From: Promethearchaeota archaeon
Lineage (GTDB): Archaea; Asgardarchaeota; Lokiarchaeia; Sigyniarchaeales; SOKP01
Length of the DNA: 64,000 nucleotides
Reading direction: 5' to 3'
NCBI GenBank assembly: GCA_019058365.1
Contig: JAHPZE010000011.1
Location: 32,001 to 96,000, forward strand
The number at the start of each line of letters is the position of its first letter. Position 1 is the stretch's first letter. Both the position numbers and the translations under genes were made by a program. Under the pieces are notes generated by a model. The model was not told the DNA's origin and did no database searches. It worked only from the letters and a program-made list of their open reading frames with translations. Below are positions 10,548 through 20,333 of this stretch, in pieces.

Positions 10548-11936
10548 CTAAAGTTTGGATATAATTTCTTCTAATTCAATAATCATTTTTTGAGCTTTCT
10601 CTTTATCTGGTGATTCAGCAGATAGAAGTAATGCATTTCTATATAATGCTACTTTAACAGTTGTATATGTATCTTCATTGATTATCTTTAATTCATTTAT
10701 TATGTCGTGATATTTATAACCATTTTCGTCTGCCATTTCTCTTAGTCGATTATGAATATTATCAATCAACTCTGATGAAACTGGAATTGTTTTATTAATT
10801 TTTGTACCTTTTGGAAATCCCCTTGTTAGTGAACTAAGAAGGTCGTTCTGAGCAGTCATAATTTCAAGGATCTTAAGTAGAATGAAATTACCATCTGAAA
10901 AGGGAGAATATTCAACAAAATAAAACTTTAATGTATCCGCGGCCGCAAAACATGCACGTTCCTCTCTTATTTGTCTTGAAATCTCCCCGGGGTAGTTTTC
11001 AACTTGTTTTATTGGAAAACCACTATCTTCGATAAAATTTTTTACAATAGGAGATATTGAAGGTGTTGTAATAATGGTATTACCTTTCGATCTTTGTATT
11101 CTTTTGTCAAATGTAATAAAAAGCATTAATAAGTCTTCGAAGCCTATCTCAAGCCCATTCTCATCTACCACCAATATTCTGGAACCATCCACATCAAAAC
11201 ACACTCCAAGATGGCTATTTGATGCCTTCACAATATCAGCAGTGTTTCGAATTGTATTAATGCTAGGTACTGGATTTGATGCTCTTTCACGATAATGTGT
11301 GTTCAAAGCAATAACTTCAACTCCAATTTCATTAATCAAAAGTGGTGTTATTTTACCTGTAGGTCCGTAAGAACAATCTACTACGATCTTTAAATTCGCT
11401 TTCTTTATCTTTTTTTTATCCACAAATTGTTGAAGAGATTTGATATAAACGTCTGTAGTCTGAGGTATTGCTGTTATTTGTCCTATCTCATTTGGATCCA
11501 CTCTCCTCACCTGTCGAGGGTACGTATTGTAAGACTCAATTATTCTCTGAATTTCTGATTGTGGTAACTCAATTCCTCCCGCATCCAAGAATCTAATTCC
11601 AACATCTTCACTATATAAATGACCTCCTGAGAAATAAACCCCTCCACTCGCCCCAAAGCGCCTAATTGTGAATTGTAATAATGGAAAAGTGCAATCCGAA
11701 AGATTTAGAAGATTTATCCCTGTAGACATCAAACCTGATGTGTAAGCTCTTTTTAACATCCGACTATCGTTATGATAATCTCTCCCCAGCACAACAGATT
11801 CATTTTGTTTGAACAGGCTACCATGAATAGATCCTATCGAGCTCGAAATCTCTGGGGTAAATACATAATTTGCTTTCCCTATAATTCTTCCGTCCTTTTT
11901 TAACTCATTAAGATTTGTTATTGGAATATGACTCAT
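10548..11936 (-). CDS. Phosphohexomutase (PGM/PMM) superfamily protein, catalytically degenerate
   Basis: VVLGRD..DSRMLKRA, KIVVDCSYG, FDVDGSR; phospho-Ser loop reads SGGH. Confidence 0.82.
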   Translation of the reverse strand: MSHIPITNLNELKKDGRIIGKANYVFTPEISSSIGSIHGSLFKQNESVVLGRDYHNDSRMLKRAYTSGLMSTGINLLNLSDCTFPLLQFTIRRFGASGGVYFSGGHLYSEDVGIRFLDAGGIELPQSEIQRIIESYNTYPRQVRRVDPNEIGQITAIPQTTDVYIKSLQQFVDKKKIKKANLKIVVDCSYGPTGKITPLLINEIGVEVIALNTHYRERASNPVPSINTIRNTADIVKASNSHLGVCFDVDGSRILVVDENGLEIGFEDLLMLFITFDKRIQRSKGNTIITTPSISPIVKNFIEDSGFPIKQVENYPGEISRQIREERACFAAADTLKFYFVEYSPFSDGNFILLKILEIMTAQNDLLSSLTRGFPKGTKINKTIPVSSELIDNIHNRLREMADENGYKYHDIINELKIINEDTYTTVKVALYRNALLLSAESPDKEKAQKMIIELEEIISKL

Positions 11937-12125
11937 TAAGAATTACTTTTTAAAATCTCGATATTATTTTAATTGGAAACTATATATGATTTAAAGCTAA
12001 ATGAGAATATATAACTTTAACGATTTTCGAATATTTAAGATTCTCTTTAATATTTAAGAAATGAAAAATTATATAACAATAACAAATTTCGATTAATTAA
12101 ACTTTCATTAGATATGGTATAGATT

Positions 12126-13841
12126 ATGACTGAAATTTTAGGATCTTTTTGTTTAGTACTTCATTCTCACCTACCTTGGGTTTTAGGTCATGGTGTATGG
12201 CCTCATGGAATGGATTGGGTTAATGAAGCGGCTGCAGAAACATATATCCCGCTTTTAATAGAATTATATAAATTAGTTGATGATGGATATCATCCAAAGA
12301 TGACTATAGGTCTCACACCCGTATTATGTGAAATGCTTCGTAATCCTAAATTTGTTGAGGGATTTTTAGGCTATTTAGAAGAAAAATATAATGCTGCTTT
12401 ATTCGATTTTGAGGATTTTACAAAAAATAAATATGAAGAAGGGAGAATCAGATTAACAAAGTGGTGGCAGGAGTTCTATAACCGAGTTAGAGATAATTTC
12501 TTAAATAGATATAATAGAGATATTGTGGGAGCATATAAAAAGCTGCAAGATATGGGACTTGTTGATATCATCACTTGTGGGGCAACGCATGGTTATGCTC
12601 CATTGCTTTCCAAAGATTCATCTATAGATGCTCAATTTAAAACAGGTGTTGATAATTATCAAAAACATTTTGGGAGAGCTCCTACTGGTGTTTGGTTACC
12701 TGAATGTGCATATCGCCCAGGATATCGTTGGAAAAACCCAATCAGTGGTGAAGAGTTTAATCGCCCAGGTGTAGAATATTTTCTTGCTAAAAATGGTTTG
12801 AAATATTTTTTTATTGATACAGCCTTACTTTTAGGAGGAAAATCACAAGGTGTCTATGCTGCTCGGTTTCCTTTGCTTGCTGAACTCTGGAAACAATTCG
12901 AATCACAATATGAAGAAATTCCAACTTCTTTTGAAAAATCTCAATATGAACCATATTTAGTGTCTACTGATCCCAGTACTCCAGGCCCTGTTGGATTTTT
13001 TACTAGAGATGAAAAAACAGGAATTGTAGTATGGAGCGGAGAACATGGATATCCTGGTTGTGCTGAATATCTTGATTTTCATAAAAAACATTATCCAGGT
13101 GGACTGAGATATTGGAAAGTCACAGAAGCAAAACTAGACTTAGGAAAGAAAATGTTATATTGGCCAGATGATATACCTGGTAAATTAGATGAAAATGCAG
13201 GTCATTATCTAAATCTTATTAAAGATATTCTACGAGATTACAACAATAAAAATGGCAGAAAAGGAATTATAATAGCACCCTATGACGCAGAATTATTTGG
13301 ACATTGGTGGTTTGAGGGAAATTGGTGGTTGGCTAGAGTTCTTCGGTGGGTAGAGGATGACCCAGAAGTAGAATTGACGAATACTAGAATATATTTAGAA
13401 AATAATCCTCCTAATAAGGTTGTTCAGATTATTGAGGGGTCATGGGGTCAAGCCAGTTCTCATTGGGTGTGGCTTAATGAGTGGACAACTTGGACGTGGG
13501 AGAGAATATACGAATGTGAAGCAAAAAGTGAAGAGATTATTGCTAAATATAAAGATTCGCATGATCCTAACCTAATAAAGATCCTTAAACAGATGGCTCG
13601 AGAACTCCTACTCTTAGAAAGTAGTGATTGGCAGTTTTTAATAACAACTTGGTCTGCTCGAGATTATGCAGAGAATAGAGTTGCTCTGCATTATGATAAT
13701 TTTAATAGGCTTTATAATATGGCTTCGAAATATGGATCTGGTCAGAATGTCGAAGAAGGAGAATGGCACTTTTTAGGAACAATTGAAGCTGTAGATGACT
13801 TATTTAAAACCTTAGATCTTGAACCTTTTGCTAAGAAATAA
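12126..13841 (+). CDS. GH57 1,4-alpha-glucan branching enzyme (DUF1957 type)
   Basis: LHSHLPW, EAAAETYIPL, THGYAPL, GVWLPECAY, YDAELFGHWWFEG, ARELLLLESSDWQF. Confidence 0.92.
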   Translation: MTEILGSFCLVLHSHLPWVLGHGVWPHGMDWVNEAAAETYIPLLIELYKLVDDGYHPKMTIGLTPVLCEMLRNPKFVEGFLGYLEEKYNAALFDFEDFTKNKYEEGRIRLTKWWQEFYNRVRDNFLNRYNRDIVGAYKKLQDMGLVDIITCGATHGYAPLLSKDSSIDAQFKTGVDNYQKHFGRAPTGVWLPECAYRPGYRWKNPISGEEFNRPGVEYFLAKNGLKYFFIDTALLLGGKSQGVYAARFPLLAELWKQFESQYEEIPTSFEKSQYEPYLVSTDPSTPGPVGFFTRDEKTGIVVWSGEHGYPGCAEYLDFHKKHYPGGLRYWKVTEAKLDLGKKMLYWPDDIPGKLDENAGHYLNLIKDILRDYNNKNGRKGIIIAPYDAELFGHWWFEGNWWLARVLRWVEDDPEVELTNTRIYLENNPPNKVVQIIEGSWGQASSHWVWLNEWTTWTWERIYECEAKSEEIIAKYKDSHDPNLIKILKQMARELLLLESSDWQFLITTWSARDYAENRVALHYDNFNRLYNMASKYGSGQNVEEGEWHFLGTIEAVDDLFKTLDLEPFAKK

Positions 13842-13926
13842 TTTTTTTTAATTCTCTTTTTAGTATAAATTATAACTTTCAAATTAAAAAGTAATTAATG
13901 ATTGAGGGTTTAAACAAGTAATAGTA

Positions 13927-14340
13927 TTATGCTTCAGCTAAATCAAATTCTTTCTTAATTATTATTGGCAATCTATCTAAAGATTCCTCAATTTTATTAG
14001 CTCTTTCTTTAAGAACTTCTTTTAATTCAGAAATGCATTCTTTGAAGGCATTCCTATATTTATTTAAAAGAGGATCTTGAATTTTAGCAGTTTCTTCTCT
14101 TTTTATTCTTGCAATAGCATCCTCTTGAAATGTAATACCATTTTTCTTTATATTATGATATAATCCTTTTAGCATTTTGATTTCACATTTGAGAAAATTG
14201 ATTTCTCTAAGGATTTCTTCATTAACTTTATTTTCTTCTTCCGATTGTTTAATTTTAAAACAAGTTCCACCAAATCCTCTTTTTTTACTTATTGGATTTG
14301 TTAACTTTCTTCCACATCGTAAACAATGATCATAACTCAT
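13927..14340 (-). CDS. Zinc-finger protein (DUF6011-like) with coiled-coil tail
   Basis: CLRCGRKLTNPISKKRGFGGTC. Confidence 0.65.
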   Translation of the reverse strand: MSYDHCLRCGRKLTNPISKKRGFGGTCFKIKQSEEENKVNEEILREINFLKCEIKMLKGLYHNIKKNGITFQEDAIARIKREETAKIQDPLLNKYRNAFKECISELKEVLKERANKIEESLDRLPIIIKKEFDLAEA

Positions 14341-14879
14341 TTTGCTAATTATAAATTCTATTATCTCTTTAACTTATTTTATGCATATAACTATTTATTA
14401 ACCACTTTAATATAAAAATAGAGAAAATTCATCTTATAATAATTTTGTATATTTTATTATGGTCATACTTTAATATTTAATATGCAACATTAGTAAGATT
14501 AGAGAATTCCTTTAAATCAAAACAAAATTGAGTTAAAAATAATTAAAAAGCTTGAGTTCTCTCAGCAAATATAATATACCTGTTAAGAAATCTGATATTT
14601 TAACAACCTCATGAAATGTTCCATTTACATTCAAGCGGTTTCAGTTTTTAAAATAAGAACAAAAATTCATATTTAAAAAAAAACTATCCTTACTTATTGG
14701 GATAATTGTTACTTAAATTAAATCAACTTTATAATTAAATTTCAAAATATAGATATTATTCATCTTTAGATTATACAACCTTAATTTTTCAATCAAATTT
14801 TTTTATATTTTGTAAAGCTTATCCTTATCAACGTTATTTTCTATTTATTGAGTAAGAAAGTATCTTGAGGTGATTTGTT

Positions 14880-15335
14880 ATTTATAAAAAAATATTAGTT
14901 GGTGTTGATGAATCACAGGATGCCATGAATGCTGTAGAAAAAGCATTAGATTTTAAAAAAAGAGAAAATAGTGAAGTTGTTGTATTTCATTCCGTTATGC
15001 ACCATATATATGAATTAATTCCTAATATTACATTTTCTGGGGTTTCAAAATCATCAATTTCTTTATCTATTCATGAAGATTATATTAATCTCGCTAGAAA
15101 AACTCTAAAAGAAGTCGAAAAACGTTTTAAAGATGAGGATGAGAAAGTTGAAACTAGATTAATCTTTGATATTTCTCCTGAGGACTATATTAAAAAGGTA
15201 ATTGCAGAAGAAAACTTCGATTTGGTAATATTAGGATGTAAGGGAAAACATTCAAAATTAAGACAAGTAATTTTAGGAACAATTCCAGATAGAGTAATTA
15301 ACAGTGCTTCCTGTGATGTATTAATTGTAAGGTAA
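14880..15335 (+). CDS. Universal stress protein; true start probably ATT at 14880 rather than ATG at 14925
   Basis: In-frame upstream YKKILVGVDES (USP beta-1), DLVILGCKG, LGTIPDRVINSASCDVLIVR; SD GAGGTGA at 14867-14873. Confidence 0.88.
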   Translation: MYKKILVGVDESQDAMNAVEKALDFKKRENSEVVVFHSVMHHIYELIPNITFSGVSKSSISLSIHEDYINLARKTLKEVEKRFKDEDEKVETRLIFDISPEDYIKKVIAEENFDLVILGCKGKHSKLRQVILGTIPDRVINSASCDVLIVR

Positions 15336-15464
15336 TTATCTAAACTAAGAATTTGAATAATAAAAAATTAGTTTAGGTTCTTACTTTACAATAAATTAGT
15401 ATTTTCGTTGTTTTTTTGATACAAAAATAAAAAACATTTGATAAAATTTTTGAGGGATAATAAT

Positions 15465-15602
15465 ATGACAAAGACGGAAAAGTTAAAATTTTGTTTCTAT
15501 TGTGGGAGACTATTAAAAGACTACAAAGTTGGAGAATTTACTAGATGCCCTTATTGCGGAGTTAAATTAAATTACATAAGTAACAAAATATCAAAAAAAT
15601 AA
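15465..15602 (+). CDS. 45-aa zinc-ribbon protein (not in ORF track)
   Basis: MTKTEKLKFCFYCGRLLKDYKVGEFTRCPYCGVKLNYISNKISKK; GAGGGA upstream. Confidence 0.75.
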   Translation: MTKTEKLKFCFYCGRLLKDYKVGEFTRCPYCGVKLNYISNKISKK

Positions 15603-15823
15603 AAAATCTTAATTAAGAATTTGAGAAACCATACTTAAAGTTTATAATATATTTTTGTACAATCAAATTAAGTCTTTTCCTATTGAAGCAGAAAGCAAAT
15701 ATTTGGGTATTTTACCCAAAATCTTAAGAAGTCTTAAACAACATTTATTTAAAATTCCACAAAACAAAAATGATATAAACAACAAAATAGATGAAAAAAT
15801 AAAAAACAAAGAAACTGATTAGA

Positions 15824-17218
15824 ATGAATGACAAATTTGATCAACTCCAGAAGATAATTGTGAAACTTATGCGGAAATTCAAGGTTCCGGGTTTAGCAAT
15901 TAGTATTGTACAAAATGATACCAGTCTATACGAAAAGGGATTTGGTGCTCGTAACCTTGAGGAGAATCTACCAATGACACCAAATACCTTAATAGGGATC
16001 GGTAGTATCTCAAAATCATTTACTGCTTTTTTGATATTAAAATTACGCGAAAAAGGTCAACTAAACTTAGATGATTCGGTTAGTAAATTTTTAGAAATTG
16101 AACCCTTTTTGAGTCATCCAGATATTATAATTGCTCATCTCTTATCACATAGCAGTGGAATACCTTCAGTTGATGCGCAATGGCTCCCTATTGCGATCAC
16201 ATATGGTGACTATCAACGTATTTATCCAATAGGTTCTCTTGATGACTATCTTTATCATTTGTCCGAAACTAAAGATGAGATCTTCTTTAAATCAGGAGAA
16301 AAATTCTTCTATAATAATGATATGTTTACTCTTTTGGGATTACTAATAGAAAAGATTACTGGAAAAACCTTTGAAGAAGTTTTAAATGAAGAAATATTGA
16401 AACCCTTAGAAATGACGCGTGCTACGGTCAATCGAGAACAACTTGAAAAGGATCCAATGAAAGATTATATTACGGGTTATATTCATAAAGGCTCAGAAGA
16501 AAAATTGCAATTTGACAAGCCTAAGTTACCTTTTTCGAAATTTCTTCAAGCACCTGGTGGTTTATATACATCTATGCATGAAATGTTAAATTATGCTGAT
16601 TGTTTATTACAGAAAGGTATTTTTAAGAACAAGCGAATAATTGAATCAGAGTCTATTGAATTGCTCTGGAGTCCTAGAATTAAATCACCATATGGGTATG
16701 GAAAAGATCCTAAATACTGCTTAGGTTGGGTTCGGGAGGAAGATTTTCTGAATAACACCCTAATTCATCATGGAGGGGGGTTGGGTGTAAGTACTTCCTT
16801 TTTTGGATTAATCCCAGAGTTAAATATTGCTGTTAGCGTTGCTGAAAATGATGACAGTGGAATTTGCGGTATAGTTGGAATATGTGCTTTAACTATGATG
16901 GTTGGAAAAAATCCTGAACAAATTAATGAAAAACTAAAAATAATTGAAATTTATGATAAAATTGCTGGCAGTTATAAATCATCCCTAGGTTTGTATAAAT
17001 TAGAAGTATCTTTTAAAGCTATGTCCATTCATATTAAAGTTGAATCGGATGATGGAATCTTTAATTTTCCCCTTATTATTGAAAATTTCGATGATTTAAC
17101 TTTTAGATTATTTTCGACAATTCCCTCAAATCTTCAAAAAGTTAAATTTTATCAAGATTCTAAGACGGGAAAAGTGGAATATGTAACATATGATAGGTAT
17201 CTTTACCATAAACTATAA
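15824..17218 (+). CDS. Serine hydrolase, class C beta-lactamase/peptidase S12 family
   Basis: SISK, LLSHSSG, YNN, HGGG motifs. Confidence 0.9.
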   Translation: MNDKFDQLQKIIVKLMRKFKVPGLAISIVQNDTSLYEKGFGARNLEENLPMTPNTLIGIGSISKSFTAFLILKLREKGQLNLDDSVSKFLEIEPFLSHPDIIIAHLLSHSSGIPSVDAQWLPIAITYGDYQRIYPIGSLDDYLYHLSETKDEIFFKSGEKFFYNNDMFTLLGLLIEKITGKTFEEVLNEEILKPLEMTRATVNREQLEKDPMKDYITGYIHKGSEEKLQFDKPKLPFSKFLQAPGGLYTSMHEMLNYADCLLQKGIFKNKRIIESESIELLWSPRIKSPYGYGKDPKYCLGWVREEDFLNNTLIHHGGGLGVSTSFFGLIPELNIAVSVAENDDSGICGIVGICALTMMVGKNPEQINEKLKIIEIYDKIAGSYKSSLGLYKLEVSFKAMSIHIKVESDDGIFNFPLIIENFDDLTFRLFSTIPSNLQKVKFYQDSKTGKVEYVTYDRYLYHKL

Positions 17219-17357
17219 TTTTATACCCTAAAACATTTTCTTAAATTAATAGAAATTATCAATGATTGGTCTATAAAAATTATTTATAGCAATTTTAATT
17301 CATTTAGCTTAGAAAATAATTAAGTTTATATTAATTTTAAAGGGTTGAGGTATTTTA

Positions 17358-17609
17358 ATGAAAGTTAGTATTAGATATCATGAAATTTTAGAAGAATTTT
17401 TAGAAAAAGAATTGGATTGGTTAAAAGAAGAATTTGAGATTTTATTTAATTCAAAAATAGAAAATTATACTAAAAATGATAAAAAGCTCGCAAATGATAT
17501 CTTAGATTATATTTTAGAAAATACCTATGTTTATGATAATATTATATTAATTAATTTGTTGAATCAAGCTCTGGAAAGTATTGAAAAAAAGTATGTTAAT
17601 CTATTTTAA
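17358..17609 (+). CDS. Small acidic hypothetical protein
   Basis: 83-aa ORF with GAGGT SD. Confidence 0.6.
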   Translation: MKVSIRYHEILEEFLEKELDWLKEEFEILFNSKIENYTKNDKKLANDILDYILENTYVYDNIILINLLNQALESIEKKYVNLF

Positions 17610-17621
17610 TTGATTATTTAC

Positions 17622-17729
17622 AACGCATTAAATAAATTTGAATATTCATCAAAAATTTCATAATGAAAGCCAAATCATCTTTCCAAAAAATTAAGATCAG
17701 ATAAGTTATGACAAGATGTTTAGTGCGTA
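17622..17729. mobile_element. MITE-like element, copy 1
   Basis: Ends AACGCATTAAA / TTTAGTGCGTA; similar along its length to the reverse complement of 18423-18531. Confidence 0.6.
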
Positions 17730-17851
17730 ATAAATATTTACAATATAAATATGAATCATAGAGTGTTTTTATATGAGAATACATTTGGATACTCATCACT
17801 ATACGTTCGTATTTATTCATATTATTGAACATATAAATATTAAAGTGATAG

Positions 17852-18424
17852 TTGTTTAAAATGAAACCTGATATCGTAGATCAAGAATTTTCTCCCTACA
17901 CTATGGCTAGTGTCATTATTGGAACGAAAGTAGAACAAAAACCCAACTTTATGGTGTGTACTTGGGTAAGTCGAGTCAATCGTAATCCTCCCATGTGGAT
18001 GGCTTCTGTCAATAACAAGCATTATTCGTTAGAAGGAATTAAGACAAATCAATCATTCTCAATGAATTTTCCTTCAACATCCCAAGTAAAAGAAACTGAT
18101 TATGTTGGAATCACTTCGGGTAGAAAGGTGGACAAATCAAAAGTTTTTGAAATATTTTATGGTGAGACTGATGTTCCCTTAATAAAAACTTGCCCGTTTT
18201 CAATTGAACTGACTTTAACCCATTCTATTCGAATGCAAGACCATACATTACTTGTGGGAACTGCCCAAAATTCATATTTAGGAAGAGAATATTATACAGA
18301 TGGGCTCCCAGATATGTCTAAAATGGATTTAATGATTTATACTGGGATCCCTGCCACTTATTGGTCCCTGGGTAAAATTGTTGGCAAAGCTTTTTCAGTA
18401 GGACAAGATTTCAACTATCTATAA
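17852..18424 (+). CDS. Flavin reductase-like / flavoredoxin family protein
   Basis: PNFM.CTW, PPM, FSMNFPS, TDYVGITSGRKVDKS, VGKAFSVG. Confidence 0.88.
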   Translation: MFKMKPDIVDQEFSPYTMASVIIGTKVEQKPNFMVCTWVSRVNRNPPMWMASVNNKHYSLEGIKTNQSFSMNFPSTSQVKETDYVGITSGRKVDKSKVFEIFYGETDVPLIKTCPFSIELTLTHSIRMQDHTLLVGTAQNSYLGREYYTDGLPDMSKMDLMIYTGIPATYWSLGKIVGKAFSVGQDFNYL

Positions 18425-18531
18425 CGCATTAAATAATATGTTATAGCTACATCTGGTTTTAATTTTTTGGAAAGATGATTTGTCTCTCAATATGTTTTTT
18501 TTGATGTATATTCAAATTTATTTAATGCGTT
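18423..18531. mobile_element. MITE-like element, copy 2 (inverted relative to copy 1)
   Basis: Perfect terminal inverted repeat AACGCATTAAATA ... TATTTAATGCGTT. Confidence 0.65.
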
Positions 18532-18642
18532 ACAAATAAATACTTTGATTTTCAGAAAAATATTTAGAAATACCATTAAATTTTTATTTGTAAATATGTA
18601 ATTGAAAATTACATATAACATTGTGAAGTCTTTTTTATAATT

Positions 18643-18693
18643 ATGGCAACTTTGCAAACTTTTGGTTGGCAGTGGCCTTGGTGTTGGCAATAA
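18643..18693 (+). promoter_or_regulatory. Trp-rich leader peptide ORF MATLQTFGWQWPWCWQ, putative attenuator of trpB2
   Basis: 4 TGG codons in 16, in a GC-richer patch 160-210 nt upstream of trpB2; complementary segments and a downstream T-tract. Confidence 0.75.
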
Positions 18694-18852
18694 AGCCAAT
18701 TGCAAAGGATTCTATGTAATATTATTTTTTCGTTTTAATATTTTTCTTAATATTAAAATCTCTTTCTAAATGCGCATTAAACATATTGAATTCCAGTATT
18801 TTGATGACACACATCATAAGATGTGAAAAAATGAATATCAAAGGTAATTAGA

Positions 18853-20256
18853 ATGATAGATAATTTTAATGGAAGAATATTACTACAACCAAATGAAATT
18901 CCAAAGAATTGGATAAATATTTTACCAGATTTACCCTCTTCTATGACGCCCTTAATTAATCCGATGGATGGGAAACCCATTCCTCCTGAAATGGCATTTG
19001 CTATATTTCCAAAAGAATGTGTAATGCAAGAGTTCTCTTTAGAACCTTTTATTCCCATCCCTAAGGATTTGAGGGAAATTTTTGCCCGTACTTATCGACC
19101 AAGTCCACTACATCGTGCTTTAGGCTTAGAGAGAGACTTAGGTATAGAAGGAGATAGAATTAAAATATTTTATAAAAATGAGTCTTGTTCTCCAACGGGG
19201 TCACATAAACCTAATACTGCCATAACCCAAGCATACTATGCAAAAAAAGAAGGTACTGAAGAATTGGTTACGGAAACAGGTGCTGGACAGTGGGGATCAG
19301 CTTTGGCATATGGCTGCAATTTATATAGACTTAAATGCATCGTATACATGGTAAGAGCAAGTTTCATCCAAAAACCAGGCAGAACTATTTTAATGAGAGC
19401 TTTTAATGCTGAAGTACATGCTAGTCCTTCAAATCTCACTGAATCAGGAAATAAATTTTTACAAAAAGATCCCAAACACCCAGGTAGTCTAGGAATCGCG
19501 ATTTCTGAAGCATTAGAACATAGTATGAGAAGTGATAAAGCACGATATTCTCTTGGAAGTGTAGTTAATTTTGTGCTTTTACATCAAACAATTATAGGAC
19601 AAGAAGCTAAAATACAACTAGCGAAAGTGGGTATTAAAAAACCAGATATAATTATCGGGTGCATGGGAGGTGGTTCTAATTTTGGAGGCTTGATGATTCC
19701 GTTTATGAAAGATAAACTTAACGGAACAACTCCAGATATGGAATTTATTGGTGTAGAACCTCGAGCATGCCCTAGTGTTTGTAAAGGAGAGTATAGATGG
19801 GATTTTGGAGATTCTTCGATGAAAGGGCCGATAGTGAAGATGTATACTCTAGGGCATACTTTCGTGCCAAGCCCAATTCATGCGGGAGGATTAAGATATC
19901 ATGGAATGGCTCCTATTATTTCAATTCTATACAAAAACAAATTTCTCAACACAGTTATGCATCATCAAACTGAAGTAATTAACGCCGGTATTCAGTTCGC
20001 TAGAGCTGAAGGTATACTTCCTGCTCCAGAAACTGCGCATGCCATACAAGAAACAATTAATCAGGCATTGAAAGCTAAAGAAAACAATGAGAAAAAGGTA
20101 ATCTTGTTCAATTTTAGTGGTCATGGATTTTTTGATCTATTAGCTTATAAGGAGTTTATGGCTGGAAATTTAAAAGAATTTGAATTACCTACTAATGAGA
20201 TTCAAAGAAATTTAGATTCTGAAGAAATGCCCATAATCGATGAAACCAAATTTTAA
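18853..20256 (+). CDS. trpB2: Tryptophan synthase beta chain, TrpB2 type
   Basis: SPTGSHKPNTA, TETGAGQWGSAL, PGSLGIAISEA, GGGSNFGG, IHAGGLRYHG, PAPETAHA, SGHG. Confidence 0.95.
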   Translation: MIDNFNGRILLQPNEIPKNWINILPDLPSSMTPLINPMDGKPIPPEMAFAIFPKECVMQEFSLEPFIPIPKDLREIFARTYRPSPLHRALGLERDLGIEGDRIKIFYKNESCSPTGSHKPNTAITQAYYAKKEGTEELVTETGAGQWGSALAYGCNLYRLKCIVYMVRASFIQKPGRTILMRAFNAEVHASPSNLTESGNKFLQKDPKHPGSLGIAISEALEHSMRSDKARYSLGSVVNFVLLHQTIIGQEAKIQLAKVGIKKPDIIIGCMGGGSNFGGLMIPFMKDKLNGTTPDMEFIGVEPRACPSVCKGEYRWDFGDSSMKGPIVKMYTLGHTFVPSPIHAGGLRYHGMAPIISILYKNKFLNTVMHHQTEVINAGIQFARAEGILPAPETAHAIQETINQALKAKENNEKKVILFNFSGHGFFDLLAYKEFMAGNLKEFELPTNEIQRNLDSEEMPIIDETKF

Positions 20257-20333
20257 CAAATAATTTTTTTTTTAAAAATACTTGTTTTTTTAATCGATTA
20301 ATTAAAACTGAATTTGTATTAAAACTGATTACT

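Noticed and set aside
17614-17832. 72-aa minus-strand ORF sharing LIFWKDDL with sequence near 18460
   Set aside because: The similarity comes from the DNA repeat element, not a protein family
17622-18531. Integron cassette array or CRISPR
   Set aside because: Only two units, inverted rather than direct; no integrase or cas genes; no spacer periodicity
18487-18705. 72-aa minus-strand ORF
   Set aside because: Antisense to the Trp leader and the repeat; no coding signature
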